A stretch of DNA of 64,000 nucleotides from Balanoglossus misakiensis (taxonomy: Eukaryota; Animalia; Hemichordata), in NCBI GenBank assembly GCA_040954595.2, contig CM082590.2, forward strand, positions 3,720,001 through 3,784,000. Reading direction: 5' to 3'. Positions 38,201-48,590 of the stretch are shown here, one piece after another. A model generated the notes under the pieces. That model saw only the letters and a list, made by a program, of their open reading frames with translations. It had not been told where the DNA came from and did not search any database. Positions within the stretch are counted from its first letter, which is position 1. The number at the start of each line of letters is the position of its first letter. Both the position numbers and the translations under genes were made by a program.

Positions 38201-41200
38201 TACACCCGACACAAACAATCCACTGTTTCTCCGTTGATGTAAGTTAATATTAAGATATAGCCTGCTATGAACCCAACATTGGTACGTACATCAATGTTAT
38301 AATTATTTAATGTTGCTAGGAAACATCAGAAAAAGAATTGTCTAAACCAGTCTGGACATTCCTCTCAAATTTGTCTTTTTTTTAAAAAAAAGGGTTTGTA
38401 GTATCCATTGAATGGAACTGAAATCACATATGTCTGGTTCACTGAATTTAACAAAAAACATGAAAGGAAAATTGTGGTCGCGCAAATAAGTGTGAAAGTG
38501 GATTCCACTAAACAAATTGAATTCGCCCTTCTAATAAACATAAGAACGTTGCTTGTTGAATTTATGTGACCAATCTGATTAAAATCAGATGTAGAGTTAG
38601 GTGTTGTCTTTAGCTGTGGTGATCATTTTGACTGTTCTGTTCTCTGGCTTGGCGGTTCTCGGGTGTACGGCCCCTATCCGAACAAAAAAGCCAAGAATCA
38701 GCCATAGTAAAGACACCGCCTAACTCTACAGCTGCCCAATCTCAAAGATTCAAATCACGCCTGAAGAATACACTTGTAATACAAACACCACAGACTAAAG
38801 AAATCCGCACTTTTTGTTTATAAGGGCAATCAACGGCACTTTTCCATGAGCATATTCACCTGAATTTCGGTCGGCTTACGACGCGGGATTTAAAATCTCT
38901 ATGTTGTGTCGCTTTTGGGGTTTTAATTTTTTGTGAACACTTTCATTTATTATAACGGTTGCATTCATCTAGAATTGTCAACAACCGCGCCACAGACTGT
39001 TACTGGTCACAATACTAGTATACAGATACTTGGACATTTCATCGAACACTATGATCTTATTGAATTTCGTTTCGGTTTCAAATTTCTCTTTCTAACCTCA
39101 AATAGCTATAAGAGAAACATAAAGGAGGAAACAAGCTTTATTGTCTTACACACGTTTCTATTTCAAGTGCATTAAGCTTGTATATGAAACCGAACTACTA
39201 CTATTTGCCTCTGGTTGGAATTTCTTGAGTATCGAAATGTGACAGTCAGGACAATTTTCATGGTTTTCTAGTGCAAAACTTTAAAGGCGAGTTCTCGTGC
39301 CGTTGAGATTCTGCGCGAGCGTGTCTACTTTGATTAACACATTTCCCAGAATGCCTCACTATTCTCTGCAAATAAAAATGGCTGCTATGGATAATAGTTA
39401 AGCGAGTGTCACTGACAGTACTAGTATAATGGTGACAGTCAATGTTTTGTGCGAGAGAGGGTGGTGTTAGAAGGACTGAGATGAGACGACATTAGGAAAG
39501 TGATAGTTCGACCTGGCGAGCAAACATGATAGTACAAGCATAATATCATCAGTGGGAATGCCGCATTCGGGCCGTTTGGATCCCTGATCCAAGTCGCACC
39601 CACAATGCACTGCTGTTAACGTGGGGCGACATAACAAAAACTTTCATATCGATCGTGCATTTTGTGATAAAAGCTCAGATGGGTGTTAATGTGTAATTAA
39701 CTCCATCGGCCATGTAATGCCGGGAACACACAGACTTGTACGCAGGGCTAGGAACACATTCCCATACGCACAGACACATACGACACAACCCAACACAGAA
39801 CTCAGCATGAACTGAACAAAGCAATTGCTCCATCGAGACCATGACCGTATTTACATGCAGACTCATTTGAATGTCAATTTTGTTATTGTTTTACGGCCGC
39901 CAAGCTGAAAGTTTTTGTTTCAGGGTTTTGACAAATATCTTTGGAGTAGGCAAGTGACAGGCAAAATCAGGAAACAGATAATGTCTCATGACACACGGCG
40001 ATGGTGTGATTTTCAACATTACCTACACAGTCATAAATTGCGACAACATGTGGTGGGAAGGTATTTAAAATAAAGTTGGGCATGACTACGGCAACACGCG
40101 ACCTCCTCAACATTACCGAATGACGGTCAAAGTCCGATGCCCCAGTGTTTGTCCTCAGCCCATAAAAAAATACGAAAAATATTACAAAAATCTTCTCAAA
40201 ATCTACGTGGCCTAGGACCTTGATATTTTTCACAGAGGATTTTGGCCATATGGTCTGCAAAAATCGCGAAAAGAATGTACATGCACCAATTAACATGCAA
40301 ATTAGATCAATTTGAGAATTTCGCTTGATTATAGCCACCAAGTCACGTGACTAATTACAAATTCATGGGCCCCAACCAAGTTTCAGAAGCGCAGCTGCAG
40401 CAGCTTCTGAGAAATATGTGGCCGAAAAAACGACTCAAGAAGAAAGAAGAAAAACTCCAGCAATTACAGAAGGGGCCCAAGCGCCCTCAGACGCTTGGGC
40501 CCTTAACAAGGTTGTAAAGTCTGAGTTGTTGGAAACATGGCAGAAGGATAGTCGTCCAATATTTTTATATTGACCTAATTTCAAAAATCTGTGAGATTGA
40601 TAATAAACCGAGTCAACTGATGTGTGAATGTATAATAGATTTATGTGATTACATTAACTTACTTTATCCTGCACGTCGACGCTGGCATTTGATTGCAGTA
40701 GAAGTCTCACCATGTCACCATGGCCATTGGCTGCTGCATAGTGTAACGCTGCCAAACCATCCTGTGGGAACACAACAAATAATGTGTCAATGAAAATCCC
40801 TGACTATAACCTTCGAATGGAACATGCAATGTCGTCAACACTACAAAATATAAGTACAGTGTCACCTTTTTGGCCGTTCGGGCTATTGGTGAGTGAGCAT
40901 GTAAAGCCCCTTACCTCATTCTTAGCATTGACGTCAGCTCCATGGACGATCAACACTAGTGCCGCTTCCAGTTTATTTCCACTGGCTGCTACATACAATG
41001 CTGTCCATCCAGACTGAAATAGATAAATTCATTTGAATTACAACAAGCTATGTTCCAATGTTGGACTTTGTAAGGTGACATGGCTATAATTTCACTGGAA
41101 TCGATTTGTAACTGTAAGTGTTGACTTATATTATGAGTTATGTGTGTAGCATCTATAACTGTTTCAGACCAAAACACTATTGTTTCAGAGAACATTTATA

Positions 41201-44200
41201 ACGTGTCCTATATATATTTCTAACAAGTGTAACATTATAAATTATAATATAATGTAGCGCATTATACATGTTTATTATGCACACTCATCGTACCCACAGG
41301 TCTTAATATCATTTCATAAATTACATTGATATGTTGAAATTTCCAATCACACCAAGTACTCTAACAGATAAACATGGCGGACGTGATACACCCGACACAC
41401 ACAATCCCCTGTTGATGTAAGTTAATATTTATGTATAGACTGCTATGAACCAAACGATGGTACATACGGTACGTCAATGTTATAATTATTTAATTTTGCT
41501 AGGAAACATCAGAAAAAGAATTGTCTAAACCAGTCTGGACATTTCTCCCAAATTTGTCTTTTTTTTAAAAAGAGTTTGTAGTATCCATTGAATGGAACTA
41601 AAATCACATATGTCTGGTTCACTAAATTTAACAAACAACATAAAAGGAGAATTGTGGCCGCACATATTAGTGTGAAAGTGGAGTTCACTAAACAAATTTA
41701 TTTCGCCCATCTAATAAACAAAAGAACTTTGTTTGTTAAATTTATATGACCAATCTGATTAAAATCATATGTAGAGTTAGACGTTGTCTTTACCTATGGT
41801 AATCGTTTTAGCGGTTCTGTTCTCTGTCTTGGCCGTTCTCGGGTGGACGGTCCCTTTCCGAACAGAAAAGCCAAGAATCAGCCATAGTAAAGACACCGCC
41901 TAACTCTACATCCAGTTTTAACCAGATAGTTTTGTGACAATCTGAGACGGTCCCTAAACTAACAATGGCACATAATGCATTGGGCACATGCAATCACTAC
42001 ATTCCTTCACAAATAAAGATATCGTCCAAATGGCAACTCTCCAGCCTGCAATGACACAGATTCCACATATTCTTCGGGTGTCCGCAAATGAAACATTTCA
42101 GCCTGGCCTTGTCACGACTCTGACATTCTCCCTGTATTCCCAATTGACAAGCACTATGTCCATCGAAGTGCAGTAAGACGTTCATCTCCACACATGTGTG
42201 TTTACTCAATCAAGTAATTTCTACAGCTAAGATATCCATCGAAGAGCCAGAGGAAATAAATATTACAATCAATCAACAGCTGACCAACCTCAAAGAGTCA
42301 AATCACGCCTGAAGAATACACTTGTAATACAAACACCACAGACTAAAGAAATCCGCACTTTTTGTTTATAAGGGCAATCAACGGCACTCTTTTCCATGAC
42401 CATATTCACCTGAATTCCGGATTGACTTACGACGCAGGATTTTTAATCTCTACGTTATGTCGCTTTTGGGGTTTCAATTATTTGTAAACACTTTCATTTT
42501 TTATGACATTTGCAAACATCGATCTGGATTTGTCAATAACCTCGCCACAGACTGTTACTGATCACAATATACGGATACTTGGACATTTTAGTCAATACTA
42601 TGTTCTTATTCGTTACGGTTTCAAATTTTCTTTCTAACCTCTAACCTTGCTATTGGAGAAACAAAGGAGGAAACAAGCTTTATTTTCTGACACAATTTTG
42701 CTATTTCAAATGCATTAAGCTGGTATATCAAACACAGGAAAGGTTTGTGTTCATCAATAAAGTCGAGGTCAAATCGTTTGCCGCTTCAGATTCGTTACCT
42801 TTGTGACTTGGTTGTACGTGTGAAATGTTGAGTGAGGCAGTGCAAATACTTACCCTGCTAAGGTATACACCCTTTGCATTGACATCATAGCCATCATCTA
42901 TCAACGATTGAATCCTTGCAACATCACCATCCCTAGCGGCTTCAATGAGATCCTATAACATTCAATGAAACATACAATTGTTATTTCTTAAATATACCGT
43001 TAAAAATAAAATTCTTCAGTATTTGAACTGACCTTTGATTATGAACAAACAACATCACAAACACCAAGAAATAATACCTAAACTTTTACATCACATTGTA
43101 TAAACTTTGTGCATCGATTATATTGTAATGTATTCTAATAACACATAAACGTACACGGCTTACACCAAAATATAGATACATGTACTGGAAAATGCCCGGA
43201 TTAGCCCATGGACTCATGATAAGGCAACAGTCTCAAGAGAACGGTGAAGAAATGAAATGAAAGTATCACCATGAACGTTTGTCCAAACTGTGTGGGCAAG
43301 TTATTGTGTAGCTGTAGTAGTGTGTGGGTCGTGCGACAGCTTTGTATACCTGGTAGCTGATGTGCTTCCCAAGAAGCAATTTTGACAGTTTGATAGGGCT
43401 TGCATGATTTCCATAAAAGAAACGTGAACAAGGTTATGGTCAATTCACTGTCCAGCCGCTCTTCTGTTATAGTCTAAAGATTTGGGATCTCGTTCTGTTG
43501 GTCAGAACACGAAATCAACAACCGACGGTCAGCAAAGAACGTCACACCACGGCTGTCACTACACGGCCAACGGATAACACTTGTTTCCGTTGTGATCAGC
43601 CATAATGTCACGGTCTATGTAGACTAGTTCCTTTCTATCGGTTACAATGTCTCATTTTATAGTAGTTAACTGTATGCGCATACGGACTGGTCAGTTTCTT
43701 CGGCCGGGGGTGGATTCTATTTTGTGGATATCCATAAGTGACTGACCGCTCCCCTCCTTCATTGACCATACAAAAGTGGGTGAAACCCCGCCCCCCATCA
43801 CCCAATTCCAAAACAGGGTGACCTCTCCCATGAATACACCGCCCCACCCAAGGCAAAGAAACTGACCAGTCCCTTATTTCGAGATTTTGTTAATTCATAC
43901 ACGCGCACAATATCCCTTCATGGAAAAATGTGAATTTTTCTGAGTTTTGATCGCGAATAATAAAACATGGTGCAGACATTGCTGAAAGGAAACCATTCCA
44001 TCGGTGAAATTCTGATCACAAAATACTGGAATTCCAACAAAAGGAAAACAATGAACGACATTCCAGGATAACGACAACCAGCCCATGATGCACTGCTGAG
44101 CACAAGATGTCTGACTTGTAATTTTGTACAGATGAAGAACTCGCTGGTGTTTAACCCCTCCCCCCTCCCGTCTTGTACATGAAGGCAGACGACAATAAAC

Positions 44201-44713
44201 CATACGCTAGAACTCGCTCATAAAATTGTGTTTACCTGGGACTTGATCAACCGGTAAAATATTTTTTGAAAAATATCGTTCAATGGAGACTTGGACTTGT
44301 GAATGGAAAACATTGTGATTAGTGTGACTTTTTTGTCAACTGGGTAATTGTTTATTTATGAATGCACTATCTAGCAATACACACAGACACTAGAAGTTTC
44401 TATGTTTTCCGTGTGTAGGGCAAGCTGACCCGTTGAAAAATAATAAACCTATTAGGCACCGACTAGCGCCACAAGTCTAAACGTAACCGTCATGTGTTTT
44501 GTGACCAAAATGTCTGGTTAAATTTACGTGCATGGGGTTGAAGGGAGAAATTTTGAACAACAGTCTTCAGTCCACAAACAAACAAAATATAAACCACTCA
44601 TAAAAACAGCCGTCGTACGCGTCACTGCCAGACATCGTTGCATTTGGTGTGAAATGGCGGTTGTTATAGTTCAGTTCACTTACCTGTGGATTTTTAGCTT
44701 TTCTGGAAGCCAT
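22893..44713 (-). CDS. Ankyrin-Roc-COR-death-domain ROCO protein (DAPK-like, no kinase), 13 coding exons, ~910 aa
   Basis: Exons: 44713-44684, 42952-42854, 41013-40915, 40761-40663, 37828-37730, 36312-36214, 28325-28269, 27135-27007, 26676-26383, 26109-25962, 25542-25394, 24635-24453, 24140-22893. All have AG/GT boundaries, compatible phases and no internal stop. Roc motifs are G1 GFGGVGKTT, G2 TPTPGID, G3 DFAGQ and G4 ASRAD. Confidence 0.9.
24220..24395. repeat. (TGAC)n/(TGAA)n microsatellites in an intron
   Basis: Visible tetranucleotide runs. Confidence 0.95.
24453..24635 (-). CDS. COR N-terminal exon (183 nt)
   Basis: tacag|AAG GAA...GGC GAG|gtaatt; KEESIPNLC...FPVLYW...ATSYLESIGE. Confidence 0.88.
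24728..24830. repeat. (TACA)n microsatellite
   Basis: Visible tetranucleotide run. Confidence 0.95.
24885..25278. mobile_element. Palindromic MITE family copy (rearranged)
   Basis: Contains GGACAAAGTCTTTCTCTCGC...GAGAGACTTTGTCCCTTT, matching 20149-20486. Confidence 0.75.
25394..25542 (-). CDS. Roc C-terminal exon (149 nt)
   Basis: atatag|CC AAA...TTC AAG|gtgagt; KFGNYLNIVDETVLVNCHDSQSEAMGRLR. Confidence 0.85.
25962..26109 (-). CDS. Roc exon with G4 motif (148 nt)
   Basis: tttcag|ACC AAC...AGT G|gtaagt; WAQFFK...KPTVILIASRAD. Confidence 0.87.
26145..26245. repeat. (CAAT)n microsatellite
   Basis: Visible tetranucleotide run. Confidence 0.95.
26383..26676 (-). CDS. Roc exon with G2 and G3 motifs (294 nt)
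   Basis: atacag|GGC TTC...AAA GAG|gtgaga; YTPTPGIDV...MDFAGQCEYYVTHNMFL. Confidence 0.92.
27007..27135 (-). CDS. Roc P-loop exon (129 nt)
   Basis: catcag|GCC GAA...CAA CGG|gtaaca; RVHVCGFGGVGKTTLVKSL. Confidence 0.92.
27289..27815. mobile_element. Palindromic MITE copy with internal duplications, TTAA-flanked
   Basis: TTAA|AGGGACAAAATCTCTCTC...GAGAGACTTTGTCTCT|TTAA; the right arm is duplicated. Confidence 0.8.
28269..28325 (-). CDS. Ankyrin C-cap exon (57 nt)
   Basis: tacag|GGC GGA AAG ACA CCT...CTG AAG|gtaata; GGKTPMDYADDRRIKSLLK. Confidence 0.8.
29877..31097 (+). CDS. Tx1-type ORF1 (gag-like, two CCHC zinc knuckles)
   Basis: CNKCLQLGHFSYQC and CRLCFGNGHLAKEC, preceded by VKIIVKDLPL and GKLTNICNGDRMVFV, followed by a Ser/Thr-rich tail. 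Confidence 0.88.
   Translation: MAAGAAGVRSYAQVTMPYADSETAEDHKSVLFLKQSDVVRPETKHWLKGEEILASIAEVVPIENIDGLQRICDLCRIYPRDNADKLILKQHGLSLRGKAIELWDKNPCRRELQEVCVKIIVKDLPLSLDDSVIGSSLSAIGLKIKSRLLRQRWRVNGKLTNICNGDRMVFVEKPSKDLPKFIKVGPFSARLFSSLQNRNSEQETKCNKCLQLGHFSYQCTNPLKCRLCFGNGHLAKECVNAKCEKPAEQEVESGVCTLITPVTEAVIITSTPQQSTTPTCTSDAGIPTPLSTPAAEPASSAHCESQQTREATTKSGSNIGSTSHDTVCNDPSSSSRQRASQRSISSYFPEKRRDPRIQKPKDCDQDDSVAAVADTSANISESESEQYTWTVTQQKRKCPICHRNHP
31168..35358 (+). pseudogene. Tx1-type ORF2 (APE start, RT, C-terminal zinc finger), disrupted
   Basis: The APE N-terminus (LNVRGL...LQE) is cut off at ~31360. RT motifs: KSPGCDGL, WRPVSLLNTDYKI, LDYEKAFDSV, GVRQGCPLS, LADD. A frameshift at ~33025, a stop at ~33095 and an insertion at 33757 disrupt it. 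It resumes REFQWK...CPLCHQIDSLEHRFIYC. Confidence 0.92.
33757..34915. mobile_element. Non-autonomous DNA transposon with 29-bp CAC...GTG TIRs, nested in Tx1 ORF2
   Basis: CACGGGCGTCATGGAACAATAAAGTGTAT at 33757; its exact reverse complement ends at 34914. TAAGA is duplicated (33752-33756 and 34916-34920). Removing the element restores ETKLREFQWK. Confidence 0.92.
36214..36312 (-). CDS. Ankyrin-repeat exon B2 (99 nt, phase 0)
   Basis: VGSAPLLIAAAKGHGDVVKLLLQSNASVDVQSK; cacag| and |gtaagt boundaries. Confidence 0.9.
37730..37828 (-). CDS. Ankyrin-repeat exon A2 (99 nt, phase 0)
   Basis: SGYTALHVATLANQLGAAQVLIDHGADVNAKNE; tttcag| and |gtaagg boundaries. Confidence 0.92.
40663..40761 (-). CDS. 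Ankyrin-repeat exon B1 (99 nt, phase 0)
   Basis: DGLAALHYAAANGHGDMVRLLLQSNASVDVQDK; cacag| and |gtaagt boundaries. Confidence 0.92.
40915..41013 (-). CDS. Ankyrin-repeat exon A1 (99 nt, phase 0)
   Basis: SGWTALYVAASGNKLEAALVLIVHGADVNAKNE; tttcag| and |gtaagg boundaries. Confidence 0.92.
42854..42952 (-). CDS. Ankyrin N-cap exon (99 nt, phase 0)
   Basis: ttatag|GAT CTC...AGC AGG|gtaagt; DLIEAARDGDVARIQSLIDDGYDVNAKGVYLSR. Confidence 0.88.
43683..43873. mobile_element. Small MITE, PIF/Harbinger-like
   Basis: TIR GGACTGGTCAGTTTCTT / AAGAAACTGACCAGTCC; right flank is TTA. Confidence 0.6.
44684..44713 (-). CDS. Probable first coding exon, MASRKAKNPQ
   Basis: Strong Kozak context ACCATGG, 10 codons, then a consensus CAG|GTAAGT donor in phase 0 matching the next exon. 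Confidence 0.7.
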
Positions 44714-44799
44714 GGTTACGTTATTCACATTGTGTTGGAATACTTTAAGAATCTGGATCTGTAGCACCGCTCTGGAGTTGAACAAGTCAGCTTCGCAAA

Positions 44800-44971
44800 T
44801 GTTCTATAATGGCGTCGTCGCCTACCTGGTCAGGTGATGTTGACAACAAGTTGGGGAAAACCCCGATAAATAAGGAAGTACACTACAAAGGAAAGTAATG
44901 ACAAGAGTTGGGTCAAAGTTCATAACGCCATAAAAGTGTGACATATACACTTCAATACTGTGGTGACGTCA
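44800..44971 (-). promoter_or_regulatory. Candidate promoter of the ROCO gene with kB, ETS and CRE motifs
   Basis: GGGGAAAACCCC at 44853-44864 (reverse complement matches GGGRNNYYCC), AGGAAG at 44873-44878, TGACGTCA at 44964-44971. These are motif matches only. Confidence 0.45.
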
Positions 44972-47900
44972 CGGCAGAATTCCTAGATTTCTGTTTAAAT
45001 CACTAAACTGGTTGGCACATTAAGCAGCAATTTGAATATTTATGTTTTATAACAGTACGAGCAGTGGAATGGAGTGGCCTATTCCCACTTCAGTACAGGA
45101 CATAGTCTTGCTTTGCAGACTCTTCTCGCTTCACTAGTTCGCCACTAGCGGTGTGAGAACGCGAGAAGCGAAGCCAAAAGTGTCTGGGGAGAATCACTGC
45201 ATTCCATTGTGATGACGTACACACAAGACAGGCAATGAATTCAAATATTACAAAGGACCCGTGACCTAGTTGACTTTCAGTCAATGCGTGTTGTGCCAGA
45301 CAGTATGTGACTGACCGACAGGCCCCGTCGAAGTTGACAGCCCAGTGCAGTATAAAATATCGTATACATGTACAGTGCTGTCAACTACAGCAGTGTCTGT
45401 AATCATGTGATTGTGAGTGAATATCATTGCACATCTACGACTACATGAATCAAGGATTTTGTTTCGTTTGTCAGTTGTGGGTGAGTTCCTGTTAGTGTTG
45501 AGAAATTTAGTATTTCCCGTCTTTGCAAATTGGCATATTTTTCCAATATGTAGCATTATAGCCAAATACCACATTCTTGCCAAATGTGCCTTAAAATTTG
45601 GAATTGTTGCATGAGAGATTGAAAATCAGAATATATTATATAGAAATGAACCCACTCTCATACAATCAATTTTAAGTGGTCAATGACCTTTAATGTACTG
45701 TACATTAAAATAAAAGATAGAATTCATAAGATATACAAGTAGTAAAACTTTTCTAAACTATAATTCAAGTGACCATCCAAAATAATCTATAAACTCAAAA
45801 ATCTCTGGTAGAATGAAGCTGAAACAAGTGCTGGCAATTAATGATTTATCTCAAACTGATATTTTTAATCATTTCATCGCCATGGTTTAGCTTAAATTAA
45901 TTGTCTTCTAGAGTAAAATTGGACCTCTATAGAAGGAAATGGGGTTGAAAGAATTAAGGTAGTTTTGTACCTTGGAAATTAAAATCTTAAATTTAGACTA
46001 AAAATGTTGGGTCATGGTGCAAATTTAAATGAGAGAACAAGGCGATATAATCTCTACCACGTTGTTTCATGAGTCACTGGACTGACCCATCAGGAGACTA
46101 AACTGGCCAGTTTATTACTTTTTGCCTTTTAAAACACATCAACAATTTTCAAGATTAGAAATTCCGGTACTCATACCTATCAACACTTGTTGATGTGGTC
46201 AGTGGAGGAAACATTATAAATTATGTATTTTGATGGTTTGGCTTTAAACAAAAAAACAGAAAAACATTTTTAAAATACAAAAAAAATTATGAAACTTGCT
46301 TATCAATCTAGAATTTGTAAAGTGAGACATATTTGAAGCCCCATGAGCTGCCAAATTCCACATTATTTCTCACAATAAAATACATAATAAGATCTTCTCC
46401 CTATATCCCCATTACAATTTGCACCATCAAGGCACACTACTTGCATACCACAATAGTTGTGTACTATTTGTATGGAGGCAGATTAAACAGGCATGGCACC
46501 CATTTAATATATCAGTTGTTCAAATTGCAACATCCATACACAATATGGCGTTGACAAGATGTTCATTTATACCTACCAGTTTAAGCTCATTTAGATGGAC
46601 CAATCTAAAGTTGGAAAGTAAAATCATGAAAATAATGCAAAAAGTGGCAGCTCTTGAGGATTTAAAGAAGGGCAATTGACACATGACCCACAACACACGC
46701 ACTGATAAGAACATCAGTGTAAGAACCGGGTTGGCAAACAGTTTCAGGCAAACATTGACCAGCTGTCATAAAACTGCCGGTCAATTGTATTGCTCTTTTC
46801 AACATAGAATGGCCTTCACCTGCATCTGATTACATGTTGGAGTCAGTGAGACTTCATGTGTACCAATGTCCAGTGTGTAATTGTTATCAGCACTGCTCAA
46901 CTGCATTCATACTTTTTAATTGAAACTTAAATTTTCACTATTGTTCCTATTAGCCAACATCGATTGAGTTGTTGTTCATATCAGCGCGTTCACACTCACT
47001 CATGTACTAAGTAAAGAAGTGTAAATGACATCCGTGCCTACACAAGAACATAAGTTTGGCCTTCCATTCATGAGGTTTCTGTGACTATTGTTTATTGACA
47101 TGCTGTCTGTTGAGCTTTGTGTCTTAAAGATTAAATACTGTTTGTTGTATTAGCTTTACGCCAGTAGACTTAGACGGAAACCACTCAACACACTTAATAT
47201 ATAGCACAGAATGTTTGTTTAGTCGACAGAAAAACACCCCACCACAATCAAGTAGCTACAAACATTTTTCAACCAGATCGCGATAAAGTCAGGAATTATC
47301 GTGAGCTACAGTTTATAACAGGTATTTGGCAAAATATTGTCGCAACCTTGGCCCCTTCAGAGCAACATTTTCTGAGTTGCCAAAAGAGGCCGTGATTTAT
47401 TTCGCATGTTTTTAATTATACTAGTTTAGTATCTAGCCGTATTTTGTCCGCTTTGCTTTCAAAATTATGTCTAGAGTCATGCATGCTACTACATGCCACT
47501 GGCCCAATAGAACCTGGGAATTGTGATGTAACTAGCGTCCCTCTGAAGTCAATCCCTGACTGTTTTTCCTAGGATTGGACAAATGATATACATGTGTATA
47601 ATTAAGGATGGGTAATTTTTTTTTATTTCAAATTAGCCCCACCTTCACTATAATCTAACGCCCAATCACCAGTGTTCAGTTTATGTGATTGACTACAAGG
47701 AGGTGCTAGTTACATCACAACTTCTAGACTATTCGAGCGCTGGCGAAATGGAACCAATCAGAACGTGCGTCTCATAAATGTATCGAAATGCAAATTTTAA
47801 CCGTTACTTTGCCTTGCCGATTGGTATTATTTTTTTCTACTGCAGATCGCTGTCCTGCGTGAGTGTTGGGTGATTGGTGGTGATTGGCTGCTCTGTTTCG

Positions 47901-48590
47901 GCCTTTGTGTAAATCACGGTCGAGGAGTGACCGTGTGTAAATGCATGTGCCCGTGTCCGCTTATTATCCGGAGACTTCAGTGGAGTCGCTCAGGTCTGAC
48001 TGTCAAAAAGGACACCGCTCGAACAAGTATGCAGTAAATCATTACATGTTGTGTAGAATATTGTATTTCAAGGGGTATATTTTTTTGAAAATTGGGCCAG
48101 GACAGGCCTAAATTGCAGGCCCAGTCAGACGAAATTGTGTCTACAGCACATTATATAGCTATGTCAGCCCAGCTGTCACATATATAGCTATGTCAGCCCA
48201 GCTGTCACATATATTGTGAAAGGCTAGCGCCATACCTGCGTCACCTTGAAGGAACTCATGTCGGGTCAGAGGTCATCATTCATTTATATTGCATGACTCC
48301 GGTCTGCCATGTTTATAGAAGCACTGTCAGAATGACTACAAAGTAACACAGGCATGTATTTCAACAGGTGTTTTATCTCAGGCTAGGACCTGCTGCTCAT
48401 AAAAAGTTAGTTTACAACAAATCAGCGAAAAAGGTTAAATACGTGTAACCAGTAAAATTTTAAATAAAATGTCGTAATGAAAGACCGGGAATTCTCTGTT
48501 ATTCGTCACACGTTGGATAACCGCGTGTGTCATGAAGAAATTAACTTAACGTTAAGTAGTGCGTAAAACGGATAAACGCTGAGTACGTTC

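Larger units (their letters stand above)
28415..42720. repeat. Intragenic tandem duplication (unit 1 ~28415-39190, unit 2 ~39200-42720) carrying two ankyrin exons
   Basis: Matching blocks: 28415-29315 with 39205-40095; 36057-36340 with 40509-40790; 37647-39190 with 40832-42725. Confidence 0.9.
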
